DNA from: a virus
Lineage: Duplodnaviria > Caudoviricetes
Direction: 5' to 3' (one strand)
Length of the DNA stretch: 64,000 nucleotides
IMG/VR virus record: IMGVR_UViG_3300046820_001270
Location: 96,001-160,000 of that record
The notes under the pieces are model-generated. The model saw only the letters and a program-made list of their open reading frames with translations, ran no database searches and was not told where the DNA came from. This document shows, in pieces, positions 29,730 to 39,605 of this stretch (position 1 is its first letter; every line of letters starts with the position of its first letter). Both the position numbers and the translations under genes were made by a program.

Positions 29730-30054
29730 ATTTTTTGAGGGGAGACCAAAAAGATTATATCACTACGACCTATTGGTTGGAGGTATACCTGTTGAGGTAA
29801 TAACTTCAAACGAACCACCAACACATTTTTTTTCTAGTCCCACACAACATCTTGGTTTTTATGTGGGAGTTCAAAATACACAATTAGAATTAATTTACGA
29901 TGGTGACATGGACGAATTATCCGTTATGGCAATGGTAGATGAATTAAAATATAGATACGCAAATTATGTTTCAATAAATGAACAGGTAATTGGATTTATG
30001 GAAGATTTTTTAAATGAACATTTAGATGGAACATCCACAATAAGATACGCATGA
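29713..30054 (+). CDS. FKFF-tag protein, paralog of the 27269 C-terminal domain
   Basis: MVNQFKFFEGR; GVQNTQLELIYDGDMDELSV...EDFLNEHLDGTSTIRYA. Confidence 0.8.
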   Translation: MVNQFKFFEGRPKRLYHYDLLVGGIPVEVITSNEPPTHFFSSPTQHLGFYVGVQNTQLELIYDGDMDELSVMAMVDELKYRYANYVSINEQVIGFMEDFLNEHLDGTSTIRYA

Positions 30055-30587
30055 TGAAACCTTTTAAACTACTTAACGGATACACATATAGTGATGAGTA
30101 TACATTACCAGTACGAATAGATCCACCATATGGAATATCGAATCGTCATTGGAATATGTTGCCACAAGATTTAAGAGGTGGAGAACGAGAAGATATGTTA
30201 CTTTATATTGAAGGATGGGAAGCGTCGGCACGTGCTGATTACAATAATCCATATCCCGACCAACTAAGAGGTGAGGTGTGGAATAGAGGATGGCACGCGT
30301 GGTTTGAACGTCGTAATGGAGAAACACATACTGAAAGGGATATGGAACACTATCACGCAGATAGAGAATTTTTCAATAGAAGAACAAGAGTGTATACTGA
30401 AAGGGATATGGAATACTATCACACAGAAGAGTTTTTGTTCTTTGATGTGTCCGAAGAAAGATACGACCCTATTTGGCCGCAACCATATAAAGTTATGTTG
30501 TTTAGAAGTATTGAAGAAGGGAACACAGTGGAAGGACAAACAATTTATCCAGACCACTATATGTATAATTTTCCTGATGTAATTTAA
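30051..30587 (+). CDS. FKLL-tag protein with RMF-like domain and internal duplication
   Basis: MMKPFKLL; YIEGWEAS...NNPY...VWNRGW; TERDME.YH twice. Confidence 0.7.
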   Translation: MMKPFKLLNGYTYSDEYTLPVRIDPPYGISNRHWNMLPQDLRGGEREDMLLYIEGWEASARADYNNPYPDQLRGEVWNRGWHAWFERRNGETHTERDMEHYHADREFFNRRTRVYTERDMEYYHTEEFLFFDVSEERYDPIWPQPYKVMLFRSIEEGNTVEGQTIYPDHYMYNFPDVI

Positions 30588-30606
30588 AATAAAAAACAAA
30601 TAACCT

Positions 30607-30801
30607 ATGAAAACAGCAATGCAAGAATTAATGGAATGGCTTGATGATTCAATACCAGAAACAATTAAAGAAAAATATCTTGAAAAAGAAAAAGAGCAGA
30701 TAATAGATGCTTATGATAAAGGAGGTGATGTAAATGATGATTTACAACCATTATATGGAACACCTGAAGAATACTACAAAACCTATAACCAAAACAATTA
30801 A
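30607..30801 (+). CDS. hypothetical phage protein
   Basis: MKTAMQEL...EKEKEQIIDAY...EEYY pattern typical of Bacteroidota phage hypotheticals. Confidence 0.7.
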   Translation: MKTAMQELMEWLDDSIPETIKEKYLEKEKEQIIDAYDKGGDVNDDLQPLYGTPEEYYKTYNQNN

Positions 30802-30802
30802 T

Positions 30803-31980
30803 ATGAGATTAAACGTAGAACTATTCGCATTTGACTTCTACCGAGTAGGAAGAAGTTGGATTTCTTTTTTAGAAATTAATTATGGTCACCCATTATTTTA
30901 TATAGAATGGGGACAAGGTATGAAAATACAAATCAGTTTCTTATTTGGATTACTTAAAAATTATTAATATGAATACAGTTTATTTTCAACCAGAAGGTAT
31001 TAAACCCGAATACTGCGAAATTGGTATGATTCACGAAACAGACAAAGAACATATTTGGTATTTAAATGAGCCTTGTAAAATATTGATAAGTGAGGTTAAA
31101 ATTATACCAAAAGAAAATGTATTTTATGATGTGAAAAATAAATCATATAAAATAAAATAATATGAAATTTGAAGAAGCGGAAGAAAAATCATTAACTGTA
31201 AAATGGGAAATCGGAACTTGCTCACAAGGAGAAAAATGTTGGTGTAGAACAATTAAACCAATTGAACCCATACTTTTTGATGACGGGGGTCAAGATGAAT
31301 ATTGGATAGTTGGATCTGGTGAGCTACATAAAAATATTGCGGAGTATTTTGTTGAACTTCATAATAAAAATATTGAAAACAAAATTAAATAATATGAAAT
31401 TTAGAAAAACACTCACAGATAAACGTCTTGAAGAATTATCTGATAAGGTAAGAAGAGGAACCCCAATCTTAATGAGTGAGGCGATTGAGGTAGTGGAATA
31501 TCAAGAGATGTTAAAGAAGAATAAACTACCTTTCACAGATAGAATGCTTAATTTCTTTAAAATAAAAAAATAATATGAAAACAACATATATAGACAGAGA
31601 TAGTAAATTATCTGTTCATAATGGTTTTAACTTTAATGGTAAAATAATAGACTTAATTAAAATATTAAATGGTGTTGTTAAAGAACACGGTGAAGATACG
31701 ACTTGTGGAATAGAAGTTATGAGTAGTTTTCCTCATCGTCATAGCACTAATATTGTTTTAACAAATAAAACATTAAACGTATAATATGAATATCTTTGCA
31801 AACCCAAACGATTTATTAAAACACTTATCCTTCTGGCATAACAAAACAGATGACGAGTGTGTTGAAATGGCAACAGGTGAATTTGGTGTTGATGCTGAAC
31901 GAGCATTAATTAATATACTTGAAAGAGATTTCTGTACCAACATTAATAATAATGTAATTGAAAAATTAAAAACATTATGA
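30803..31980 (+). other. run of six small hypothetical ORFs (30803-30967, 30969-31160, 31162-31392, 31394-31573, 31575-31784, 31786-31980)
   Basis: Each start follows the previous stop after 1 nt (TAA-T-ATG), typical phage packing. Confidence 0.7.
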
Positions 31981-32127
31981 CACCAAGAGAAAGAAGATAT
32001 CACATGAACAAACGTCTTCGTAAATTACTTTGGGAAGAAATAACAAGAGTAATTGATGAGGACATTGAAAATCAATTAAATGGTAGAGAACCTAATCCGG
32101 ATATTGAAACATTTGAAACAAAATAAT

Positions 32128-32298
32128 ATGAATGTAACAAAAAACGATATTAAAGAAATTGGAATAAAATATGGTATTTTATTAAGTAATATTCAAATAA
32201 ATAATATCTTTAATGAATACAATAGAGTAGTATTGGATAAAGCAGAGGATTGGGAAGATATAGTTAAAGATTTATTTATTAAACAAATAACAAAATAA
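32128..32298 (+). CDS. hypothetical protein
   Basis: Start re-called at MNVTKND. Confidence 0.6.
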   Translation: MNVTKNDIKEIGIKYGILLSNIQINNIFNEYNRVVLDKAEDWEDIVKDLFIKQITK

Positions 32299-32299
32299 T

Positions 32300-32530
32300 A
32301 TGAAAACATTTAAGTTCCTCTCAAAGAAACAAGTTCCTATACCCAATAGATTTGCCAGTTTAAGTCCTGAGGATAGAAACATATACACAAAAGGATATTA
32401 TGATGCATTTGATTGTTACCGTAATAGTCGTTCATTAGAGTCACCATACAATCCACTTGTGGAAGAATATGAGTATGAATTATGGAGAGAAGGAGTTACG
32501 ATGTATGAACAAAATAATGATGTAGAATGA
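32300..32530 (+). CDS. FKFL-tag protein, RMF-like
   Basis: MKTFKFL; YTKGYYDA...SPY...LWREG. Confidence 0.7.
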   Translation: MKTFKFLSKKQVPIPNRFASLSPEDRNIYTKGYYDAFDCYRNSRSLESPYNPLVEEYEYELWREGVTMYEQNNDVE

Positions 32531-32751
32531 TAAAGGACTTCAAATTTTTTAATCCAGTATTATATCCAAAAGGATATTTGAAAAACGATATTGAAATATC
32601 ATACTATGGTTATGGTTGGACGGCGGGAAAGAATGGATATAATTACGCGTGTGCTGATTATTTCTCACCAAGGATAAAGAAAGTGTGGTTGGCAGGATAT
32701 TACAATTATTTAAGTTATAAAGAGTTCGGTAAAATACCAAGTGGAATATGA
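32527..32751 (+). CDS. FKFF-tag protein, RMF-like
   Basis: MIKDFKFF; GYGWTAGKNG...C..Y...VWLAGY. Confidence 0.7.
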   Translation: MIKDFKFFNPVLYPKGYLKNDIEISYYGYGWTAGKNGYNYACADYFSPRIKKVWLAGYYNYLSYKEFGKIPSGI

Positions 32752-32841
32752 TATAAAAATTCAGTATAAATACTGATGTTTTATTTAAAAAAGTTGTATA
32801 TTTTTGTAATATAAAAACAAATAACCATTAAAATTTAAAAC

Positions 32842-33574
32842 ATGATTTACTTAATTGTTACATTTATTACTATTCTATACATAATAATTGGTCTGGTGCT
32901 ATTCAAAATTGATATTGATTATGGCAGCGTTATCCTAACTACAGGTTGCTTTAATGATAAAGGATTTGAATTATACTTTTTACTTTATGCTTTTTTATGG
33001 CCCGTGTTATTAGCAATAACCATAATAAGATTACCTAAATTAATTGAAATAGTTAAAAACAAATAACTTATGAAAACAGCAAACAAAATAAAATACTATA
33101 ATCAAAAGAAATAACATGAAAACAATAGATTTAATTAAATCAATTTTAAGGCTTGTTTCAAAACAAGAACACAGTATAGATGACGCAACAAAAGATTTAA
33201 AAGAAATTTTACAAGTTGAGAGATTTACATATTTTTTGCGTGGGTTCGTTATTGGAGGTGTTGTTGCACTATTAATTATTAATTTTTTAATAAAATAACC
33301 TATGAAACTAAAAGAATTAAAACTTATCAACCCATTTCATATAGAATTACACCAAAGCGGACACGGTGAATTTCCAGATTCATATAAAATAACCAACGAA
33401 GGTGTGAAAGCAATATTAGATGCAGTTAGTGGTGATGATAAATTGATACAACATATCAGAAAAGAAACGGGAATGAATAAAACCGATATTAAAGATGCAT
33501 TAACTGATAGCAAAGAAGATATTGCAAACGTAATTTCAAATTGGTATAGAACCCACGGTAAAAAAACATCTTAA
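32842..33574 (+). other. three small hypothetical ORFs (32842-33066 membrane, 33116-33298 membrane, 33302-33574)
   Basis: ORF track; hydrophobic segments in the first two. Confidence 0.65.
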
Positions 33575-33577
33575 AAA

Positions 33578-33910
33578 ATGAAAGGATTTAAATTCTTCAA
33601 AGATAACTTAAACGAATTAAACATTTTTTGTTTTAATTCTGAAGAATATGAAGATGTGGTTGCCAATTTAATAGTACAACAAATTGTAAATGGTTCAAAT
33701 GTTACCGATGCATCACTTATCTTCACTGATGTTCTTACCTCACATAATAGTGAAGTAAGAATATTGCAAGTTGAATCTTTGGTTGATTACTTTAGAATTC
33801 ATTATAGAGTATTAGATTTTGTTAGTAGAACATCAACCAGATATATTAACGAATTTGATTATAGAACAATAAATCGTTTAGTGGATGATGCGAGACTTCA
33901 AATTTTTTAG
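33578..33910 (+). CDS. FKFF-tag protein
   Basis: Starts MKGFKFFKD. Confidence 0.75.
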   Translation: MKGFKFFKDNLNELNIFCFNSEEYEDVVANLIVQQIVNGSNVTDASLIFTDVLTSHNSEVRILQVESLVDYFRIHYRVLDFVSRTSTRYINEFDYRTINRLVDDARLQIF

Positions 33911-34328
33911 ACCTAACGAAACAAGAATAAATTGGCAACTAACTGGTTTGTTAGATGATGCAACAAATGTTCCATTATTGATTGGTGTATTAGACATCAC
34001 ATACAAATATATTCAGGATAATAATCTAATGGATAATGACAGGGTTAAAAATATATTGATTATTGTTATGACCAAATTATATAGGGACAAATATAATTCT
34101 TATAGTGATTATGATATTAGACGTAAGATTGATGAGATTGCAACTTATATGAATAGTGTGGCGGTTAGAAGAATGGTTCAGGAAATTCAAGCAAATGCGT
34201 TTATGACAGTTGATATTGAAGCGGAAACAAATCATATTATTTATGAACGATGTAAATGGGATGAAGATACGGTAGGAGAAGTATTCCACACCAACGCTGA
34301 CATAACTTTAACATTTAGAAATGATTAA
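33885..34328 (+). CDS. FKFF-tag protein
   Basis: Starts MMRDFKFFR. Confidence 0.75.
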   Translation: MMRDFKFFRPNETRINWQLTGLLDDATNVPLLIGVLDITYKYIQDNNLMDNDRVKNILIIVMTKLYRDKYNSYSDYDIRRKIDEIATYMNSVAVRRMVQEIQANAFMTVDIEAETNHIIYERCKWDEDTVGEVFHTNADITLTFRND

Positions 34329-34689
34329 ACCATTCAAGTTCTTCCAAAAGAATATAAAGAGAAAATGGTATTTGAGGAGTGATTACCTTGGTCAAATACA
34401 ATGGATGTATAGGCCTGTGGGTGTAATATTCTATATGGAAAATAGATGGGATGGAAATTTTTATACCGAGGAATTAAAGACGATGACGGTGACAGTTACA
34501 AATAGATATATCAATTCATACAATCATTTTATGGAAATGAGTAGAGATAAGATTATATTTGTATATGAATTCGTGGACAACACAAATATAAGTAATATGA
34601 TACATTACAACGAAGATAATTTTGATGACATGCCAAAGGATAGACCACTAATATTCAGAGGAGTAATAAGAGACAATGAAACCATTTAA
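34321..34689 (+). CDS. FKFF-tag protein
   Basis: Starts MIKPFKFFQ. Confidence 0.75.
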   Translation: MIKPFKFFQKNIKRKWYLRSDYLGQIQWMYRPVGVIFYMENRWDGNFYTEELKTMTVTVTNRYINSYNHFMEMSRDKIIFVYEFVDNTNISNMIHYNEDNFDDMPKDRPLIFRGVIRDNETI

Positions 34690-34882
34690 ATTCCTCCAAA
34701 GCGAAAAAGATATACCAACACCACAGGATATAAGGAATAGTCCGTGGTTGAGAGGTGTATTTAGACAGGGATGGAACGCAAGATCACAAGGTATTGATAG
34801 TCCACCACCCGAATATAGAGTTTCCCGTAGAACATTGAATGCGTGGTATCAGGGATATTGGGCCTCACAATATAGAGGTTAG
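34676..34882 (+). CDS. FKFL-tag protein, RMF-like
   Basis: MKPFKFL; FRQGWNARSQG...PPEY...AWYQGY. Confidence 0.75.
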   Translation: MKPFKFLQSEKDIPTPQDIRNSPWLRGVFRQGWNARSQGIDSPPPEYRVSRRTLNAWYQGYWASQYRG

Positions 34883-34897
34883 ACATATTTATATACA

Positions 34898-36022
34898 ATG
34901 AAGTTTTTAGATCTAATAAACGAAGACGAACAATCCGAATGGAACAAATTGTTTAAGAAAACCCAATTGGTTTTTAAAACGTTGAGGAAGGGGAGAATAC
35001 GCACACATTCGAATGTGGTCTTTAGTTATGAAATACCAGAAGATAGTCATATAAGTGTTGCTAGTTCACATGGTAAGGATGACCTCACAGCCTATATTAT
35101 GTGTGAAAAAATTAAGATAAAAGAAGAATCTAAAGAATGTTCTCATGTGTCTTTTGGTAAGTTTGGTGAATTGATTAAAAGAAAGTTTGATCATTTTGGT
35201 ATAATGTTTATTTTTAACGTTTACCCTGAAGATATTGAGAAATACAAACACGAGACCATTAATGAAGTTTTAGACCATCAGGACGAAGAAAGTACAAACT
35301 TAACCGATGACCAATTAAAACAATTAAAGAGAGCTAAAACGGTATACAAAGCTTTAAAGAAAGGAAAGGCCACCTTTAATTTAGCATCTTCATTTGATGA
35401 ACCAGATGAACATACAATAAAATATGAATTAGGTGATCCTTATTATTATTGGATATATGTTGCAGGTACCAATACATTTAGAATAGAAATATCAAAAATT
35501 ACAGTTTATATTGATACTCGTGAATTCTACGAAAGGGCCATTAGTAAAGAAATAATTAAAGGAAGTTATAAAACGATGGAATGGATATTACTTCATAATC
35601 TAATTGCTCCACGTGTTAGAAAGAGATTTGGAAATAATGATATTGAGATAAGAATTGCCGATGCAGATTTAAAGTTTGAATATGTTGAACCACAACCCAT
35701 TAATGAGGACAAAGATAGAAGAATAAAAAGAGCACATACAATATACAAAGCACATAAAAAAGGTTTATTAAACAAAGGTGAACATGGTAATGTTAGATAT
35801 GAATTACCCGATGTATATGATGTTAGATTAAGATCATTAGATGATCAAATGATTATTGAGGTGGGATATGAGGGAGACGATAATGAGGTAAAGTTTTATT
35901 TTGGACCTAATGAAGATGGTAAGTATAAACTTACAAAACCAGGACCAAAATATTATGGACCATTTATAGAGAGATTATCTGATAAGTTTTTTGAACCATA
36001 CGATATAAAATTAATTTTTTAA
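34898..36022 (+). CDS. tandem-module family protein (3 modules), class-B leader
   Basis: MKFLDLINE; KTQLVFKTLRKG; INE...RAKTVYKALKKG; INE...RAHTIYKAHKKG. Confidence 0.85.
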   Translation: MKFLDLINEDEQSEWNKLFKKTQLVFKTLRKGRIRTHSNVVFSYEIPEDSHISVASSHGKDDLTAYIMCEKIKIKEESKECSHVSFGKFGELIKRKFDHFGIMFIFNVYPEDIEKYKHETINEVLDHQDEESTNLTDDQLKQLKRAKTVYKALKKGKATFNLASSFDEPDEHTIKYELGDPYYYWIYVAGTNTFRIEISKITVYIDTREFYERAISKEIIKGSYKTMEWILLHNLIAPRVRKRFGNNDIEIRIADADLKFEYVEPQPINEDKDRRIKRAHTIYKAHKKGLLNKGEHGNVRYELPDVYDVRLRSLDDQMIIEVGYEGDDNEVKFYFGPNEDGKYKLTKPGPKYYGPFIERLSDKFFEPYDIKLIF

Positions 36023-36738
36023 TGAAGTTATTGGATATCATATTAGAAGACGAGAATAAGGAAAAACTTATTAAGAAAGCCAAGACAATATACAAAGGTG
36101 TTAAGACCGGAGTTGTTCGTAAAGGTGTGTTCGGTAAAGTTGTATACGTACTCCCTGATGTATATGATGTTCAAATAGATATACATGATGAGATCTTTAT
36201 TAAGGTTGGAGGTAATAGAACAGAGAATGGAGTTAAATTCTATTATGTGGATGATACAGATGGTGAAATGAAACCATTAAGAGTAAATCCTACAGAATAT
36301 CAATTAAACATAAAAAGAATTGAAAACAAAAAATTTACACCATTCGGAATATATTTGTGGTATGAAGAAAGTGATAATTGGGAGAAACCTGAAGTTGTGA
36401 ATGAAAATGAAGATAGTGATCGTACAAGAAAGAGAGTTAAGAATGTTTATCATGCATTAAAGAAAGGGATTGTACACAGGAATGAAAGTGGTATAATATA
36501 TTACGAACTACCTGATGAATATGATTATAAGGAGAAAGGTTATGGAGATCCTCCTTTTCCTGTGGTGTTTGTGGGAAATCATCATCATGAAAATAGTATA
36601 AGGTTTTTCCAACAAGATTACAACACAAGTAAAGAAGATAGAAGAGAATTAGATATACCGGCATATGAATACAATACATTACTTGCTCGAATAGGTGTGT
36701 TGTTCGATAAATTTAATATAAGTTTCCAAAGATATTAA
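36022..36738 (+). CDS. tandem-module family protein (2 modules), class-B leader
   Basis: MKLLDIILE; KAKTIYKGVKTG; VNE...RVKNVYHALKKG. Confidence 0.85.
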   Translation: MKLLDIILEDENKEKLIKKAKTIYKGVKTGVVRKGVFGKVVYVLPDVYDVQIDIHDEIFIKVGGNRTENGVKFYYVDDTDGEMKPLRVNPTEYQLNIKRIENKKFTPFGIYLWYEESDNWEKPEVVNENEDSDRTRKRVKNVYHALKKGIVHRNESGIIYYELPDEYDYKEKGYGDPPFPVVFVGNHHHENSIRFFQQDYNTSKEDRRELDIPAYEYNTLLARIGVLFDKFNISFQRY

Positions 36739-36739
36739 T

Positions 36740-37144
36740 ATGAAACTATTAGATATAATAAACGAAAACGAAGATAAAAAAAGAAAGAAGATTAGGGCCG
36801 TATTTAAAGCACTTGATAAAAAGGTATTTCGTAAGGTTCACATACGTAAGATATTTTACGTTCTTCCCGATCATTATAAGGTTTTAGGGGACAATGAACC
36901 GGGACTTGACCAATACAAACGTAAAAGACGTTATGGTGATGACGTTATATTTGTTCAAGTGGGGCACGATGGTGAGAATAATCAGGTTAAGTTCTTCTAT
37001 ACAACAGAAGGGGAGGATAAAATAGAAAGGTATATACCAAATAATATTGATCAGTATAGTGCTAATTTATCATTTGTTAATGATAAATTCAAACCATTTA
37101 ATATACGAATGGTTTTTAAACGTCATAATGGTGAATGGGAATAA
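36740..37144 (+). CDS. tandem-module family protein (1 module), class-B leader
   Basis: MKLLDIINE; KIRAVFKALDKK. Confidence 0.8.
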   Translation: MKLLDIINENEDKKRKKIRAVFKALDKKVFRKVHIRKIFYVLPDHYKVLGDNEPGLDQYKRKRRYGDDVIFVQVGHDGENNQVKFFYTTEGEDKIERYIPNNIDQYSANLSFVNDKFKPFNIRMVFKRHNGEWE

Positions 37145-37150
37145 ATTATA

Positions 37151-37177
37151 AAGGGTTCTAATAAGGACCTTTTTTTA
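37151..37177 (+). terminator. intrinsic terminator
   Basis: AAGGGTTCT-AATA-AGGACCTT imperfect hairpin plus T-tract. Confidence 0.6.
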
Positions 37178-37311
37178 TGACCCACCCAACCGCGAACGGG
37201 ACTTCCGGCGCCCGAGATCCAACTATATCTATTTACATATAAATCACTTTATAATATCTTTATTATATCCAAAAACATATAATTTCTAAAGCGACTGGAG
37301 CTCCTCAGTCC
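37178..37311 (+). repeat. intergenic repeat element, copy 1
   Basis: Shares CCG(C/T)GAA(C/T)GGGACTTCCGGCG..GAGATCCAA and 35-bp ATATAATTTCTAAAGCGACTGGAG(C/T)TCCTCAGTCC with 38743-38950. Confidence 0.85.
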
Positions 37312-37349
37312 TTTAATTATATTATCAATTAATGGGATATTTATTTAAG

Positions 37350-38468
37350 ATGAAGTTTATAGACACATTTACTGAGGACGATAGGAAGAAGTTAATCAAG
37401 AAGGCCAAGTTAGTCTTTTCTGTATTAAAGAAAGGAACAATTACCCGTTCAGATGGTGTGTCATTTAGTTACATACTCGGGGATAATATGAAACCAATCG
37501 TAGTAGATGGTGAGATAGAGATTTTTGCATTCATTTCCAAGATAATAGAAAAAACTTATTGTCCATTAAGTATACATGCGATTAAAGAATTAATTATTAA
37601 GAAATTCGAACATTTCAATATCAATGCAGAATTTTATAATACTGACAACACTCAGATAGAGAAATACCAAGGAAAGAAACCGTGGGAGAAGGACGAACTA
37701 AACGAAGAGGGAAGATTAGTTAAGAAGCAGGACCCAAATGAGGAAAAGAGGGTAAAAACCATTTTTAAAGCATTTAGAAAGGGAGTGATAAAGGTTCAAC
37801 ACCCAAGAACAAACGAGATCATCAAGTTTAGATATTATATAAATGATCCTGTATTTTTTACATGGGAATATTATAATATGATGGAACAACAACTTACCAT
37901 TATTACCAACAACTTCCCTGGTGAAGGTATAACCATTTACTGTGATGATAAAGATGTGGTAGACAAATGTACAAACGATATAGAATCCATATCAAAGAAC
38001 CCAACGGGTATCCATCTGAGGGAAATGTTTATGAATAAACTTAAAAGAAAATTCGACAATTTAGATGTTAGTTTTTATATTAATAAAAAAGGTATGAAGT
38101 TTGTTTTAGGTGAACCAACTGAACTAAACGAAGAGAAGGACAACAATCTTACCGAAAAGAACAGGAAGAAGATAGAACTTATCTATGGTTTATTTAAGAC
38201 GGGGAAGTATAAGGTAGATGATTTAATATACACATATGTTCTTCCCGATGACTACTGGACATCAAATGATGATGAATCGGGGGAACTTATTATTGTTCTT
38301 ACCATGAACCCACAACAGAGGATGAAACTATATGCAACGATGGATAATGGTAATCTAAGTATAAGTCCCGGAACGGAAGTGGAAACACAATACCATCATT
38401 TACACAATAATGCAAAGGAAAGGATTAAAAAGAAGTTTGCAAGGTTTGGTATAGATATAATATTTTAG
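37350..38468 (+). CDS. tandem-module family protein (3 modules), class-B leader
   Basis: MKFIDTFTE; KAKLVFSVLKKG; LNE...RVKTIFKAFRKG; LNE...KIELIYGLFKTG. Confidence 0.85.
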   Translation: MKFIDTFTEDDRKKLIKKAKLVFSVLKKGTITRSDGVSFSYILGDNMKPIVVDGEIEIFAFISKIIEKTYCPLSIHAIKELIIKKFEHFNINAEFYNTDNTQIEKYQGKKPWEKDELNEEGRLVKKQDPNEEKRVKTIFKAFRKGVIKVQHPRTNEIIKFRYYINDPVFFTWEYYNMMEQQLTIITNNFPGEGITIYCDDKDVVDKCTNDIESISKNPTGIHLREMFMNKLKRKFDNLDVSFYINKKGMKFVLGEPTELNEEKDNNLTEKNRKKIELIYGLFKTGKYKVDDLIYTYVLPDDYWTSNDDESGELIIVLTMNPQQRMKLYATMDNGNLSISPGTEVETQYHHLHNNAKERIKKKFARFGIDIIF

Positions 38469-38500
38469 GATATTCCAAATCATACTAGTATATTTGTGGT

Positions 38501-38746
38501 ATGAAAATACCTATTCAACTATCATTCAAGTTATTCAACGAGACAACGTCCATTAAGACAACCGTGGAGGACCTCCATATAGGAAAGACGATGGATATGT
38601 ATAAGAACATTATGGTACCCCTATTCGGGGAGGAATCCTATGAAAACACCATACTTCAACTTGCCAATAGAATAAAGGACAAAAGGAATAAGGACCCCTA
38701 TATGTGGAGGTTTTTTAAATGGATGGATAAGTTCTTCAAGGAATGA
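38501..38746 (+). CDS. hypothetical protein
   Basis: TATATTTG -7 box upstream. Confidence 0.7.
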   Translation: MKIPIQLSFKLFNETTSIKTTVEDLHIGKTMDMYKNIMVPLFGEESYENTILQLANRIKDKRNKDPYMWRFFKWMDKFFKE

Positions 38747-38950
38747 CCCCAACCACCGTGAATGGGACTTCCGGCGTCGGAGATCCAATGTAGGATATAT
38801 CATGCACTAACCACAAATAACCATATTAATGCACGAGAAAACCGGCACACGAGATCCAATACTATATGACTTTACATATAATAACCATTATACTTTACAT
38901 ATTATATCCAAATAGATATAATTTCTAAAGCGACTGGAGTTCCTCAGTCC
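38743..38950 (+). repeat. intergenic repeat element, copy 2 (with internal duplication)
   Basis: See copy 1; CCGGC...GAGATCCAAT occurs twice; TGTGGATAA (DnaA box, minus strand) follows at 38968. Confidence 0.85.
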
Positions 38951-39028
38951 GTTAGTGGTATTATATATGTGGATAAGTTTACGGGGGATTGTTTTTATTT
39001 ACAAAATATCTTATCTATACTTAATAAC

Positions 39029-39559
39029 ATGACAAAGTTATGTAAAAAGTGTAATAAAGAGTTCACACCTATCAAAGGGTATGTTAATTATTGTGGACCG
39101 AAATGTAGAAGTGGTAGGGAACAAACCCCTCAGATGTTAGAAAAGAAGAGTATTGCCAATAAGAAACACTGGAAAGATGGTGGGGTATTCAGAAATATGG
39201 ACTGGGATGTGCTAAATAACCGACCTGAGAAGATTAAGGTTACATTAGAGGTATGGTTCCTTAAAGCGGAACAAAGAGTATTAAACGGGGAACAACTCAA
39301 TAATGAGACCACAAAGAAGTATCTAATAGAGAAACACGGTCATAAGTGTTGGGGATGTGGAGCAACTGAATGGCAGGGGGAAAAACTACACTTAGAAATG
39401 GATCATATAGATGGAAATAATAAGAATAATGATATTAACAATATAAGGATACTTTGTCCTAACTGTCATAGTATAACTCCAACATGGAGATATAAGAACA
39501 TTAAGAATAAAAAGGATAACCCTAAAGCTAAAGGTCTAAGGTCAGGATATAATTTATAA
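39029..39559 (+). CDS. HNH endonuclease with N-terminal Zn ribbon
   Basis: CKKCNKEF...YCGPKC; CWGCG...LEMDHIDGNNKNN...LCPNCHS. Confidence 0.88.
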   Translation: MTKLCKKCNKEFTPIKGYVNYCGPKCRSGREQTPQMLEKKSIANKKHWKDGGVFRNMDWDVLNNRPEKIKVTLEVWFLKAEQRVLNGEQLNNETTKKYLIEKHGHKCWGCGATEWQGEKLHLEMDHIDGNNKNNDINNIRILCPNCHSITPTWRYKNIKNKKDNPKAKGLRSGYNL

Positions 39560-39605
39560 GAGTAGACTTCAATATTATATAGGAATATGTTATATTCTAT
39601 ATAAG

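Noticed and set aside
30326-30430. Short internal duplication (ACTGAAAGGGATATGGAA.ACTATCAC.CAGA twice) in ORF 30051
   Set aside because: A single in-frame duplication with no further structure; ordinary slippage or recombination
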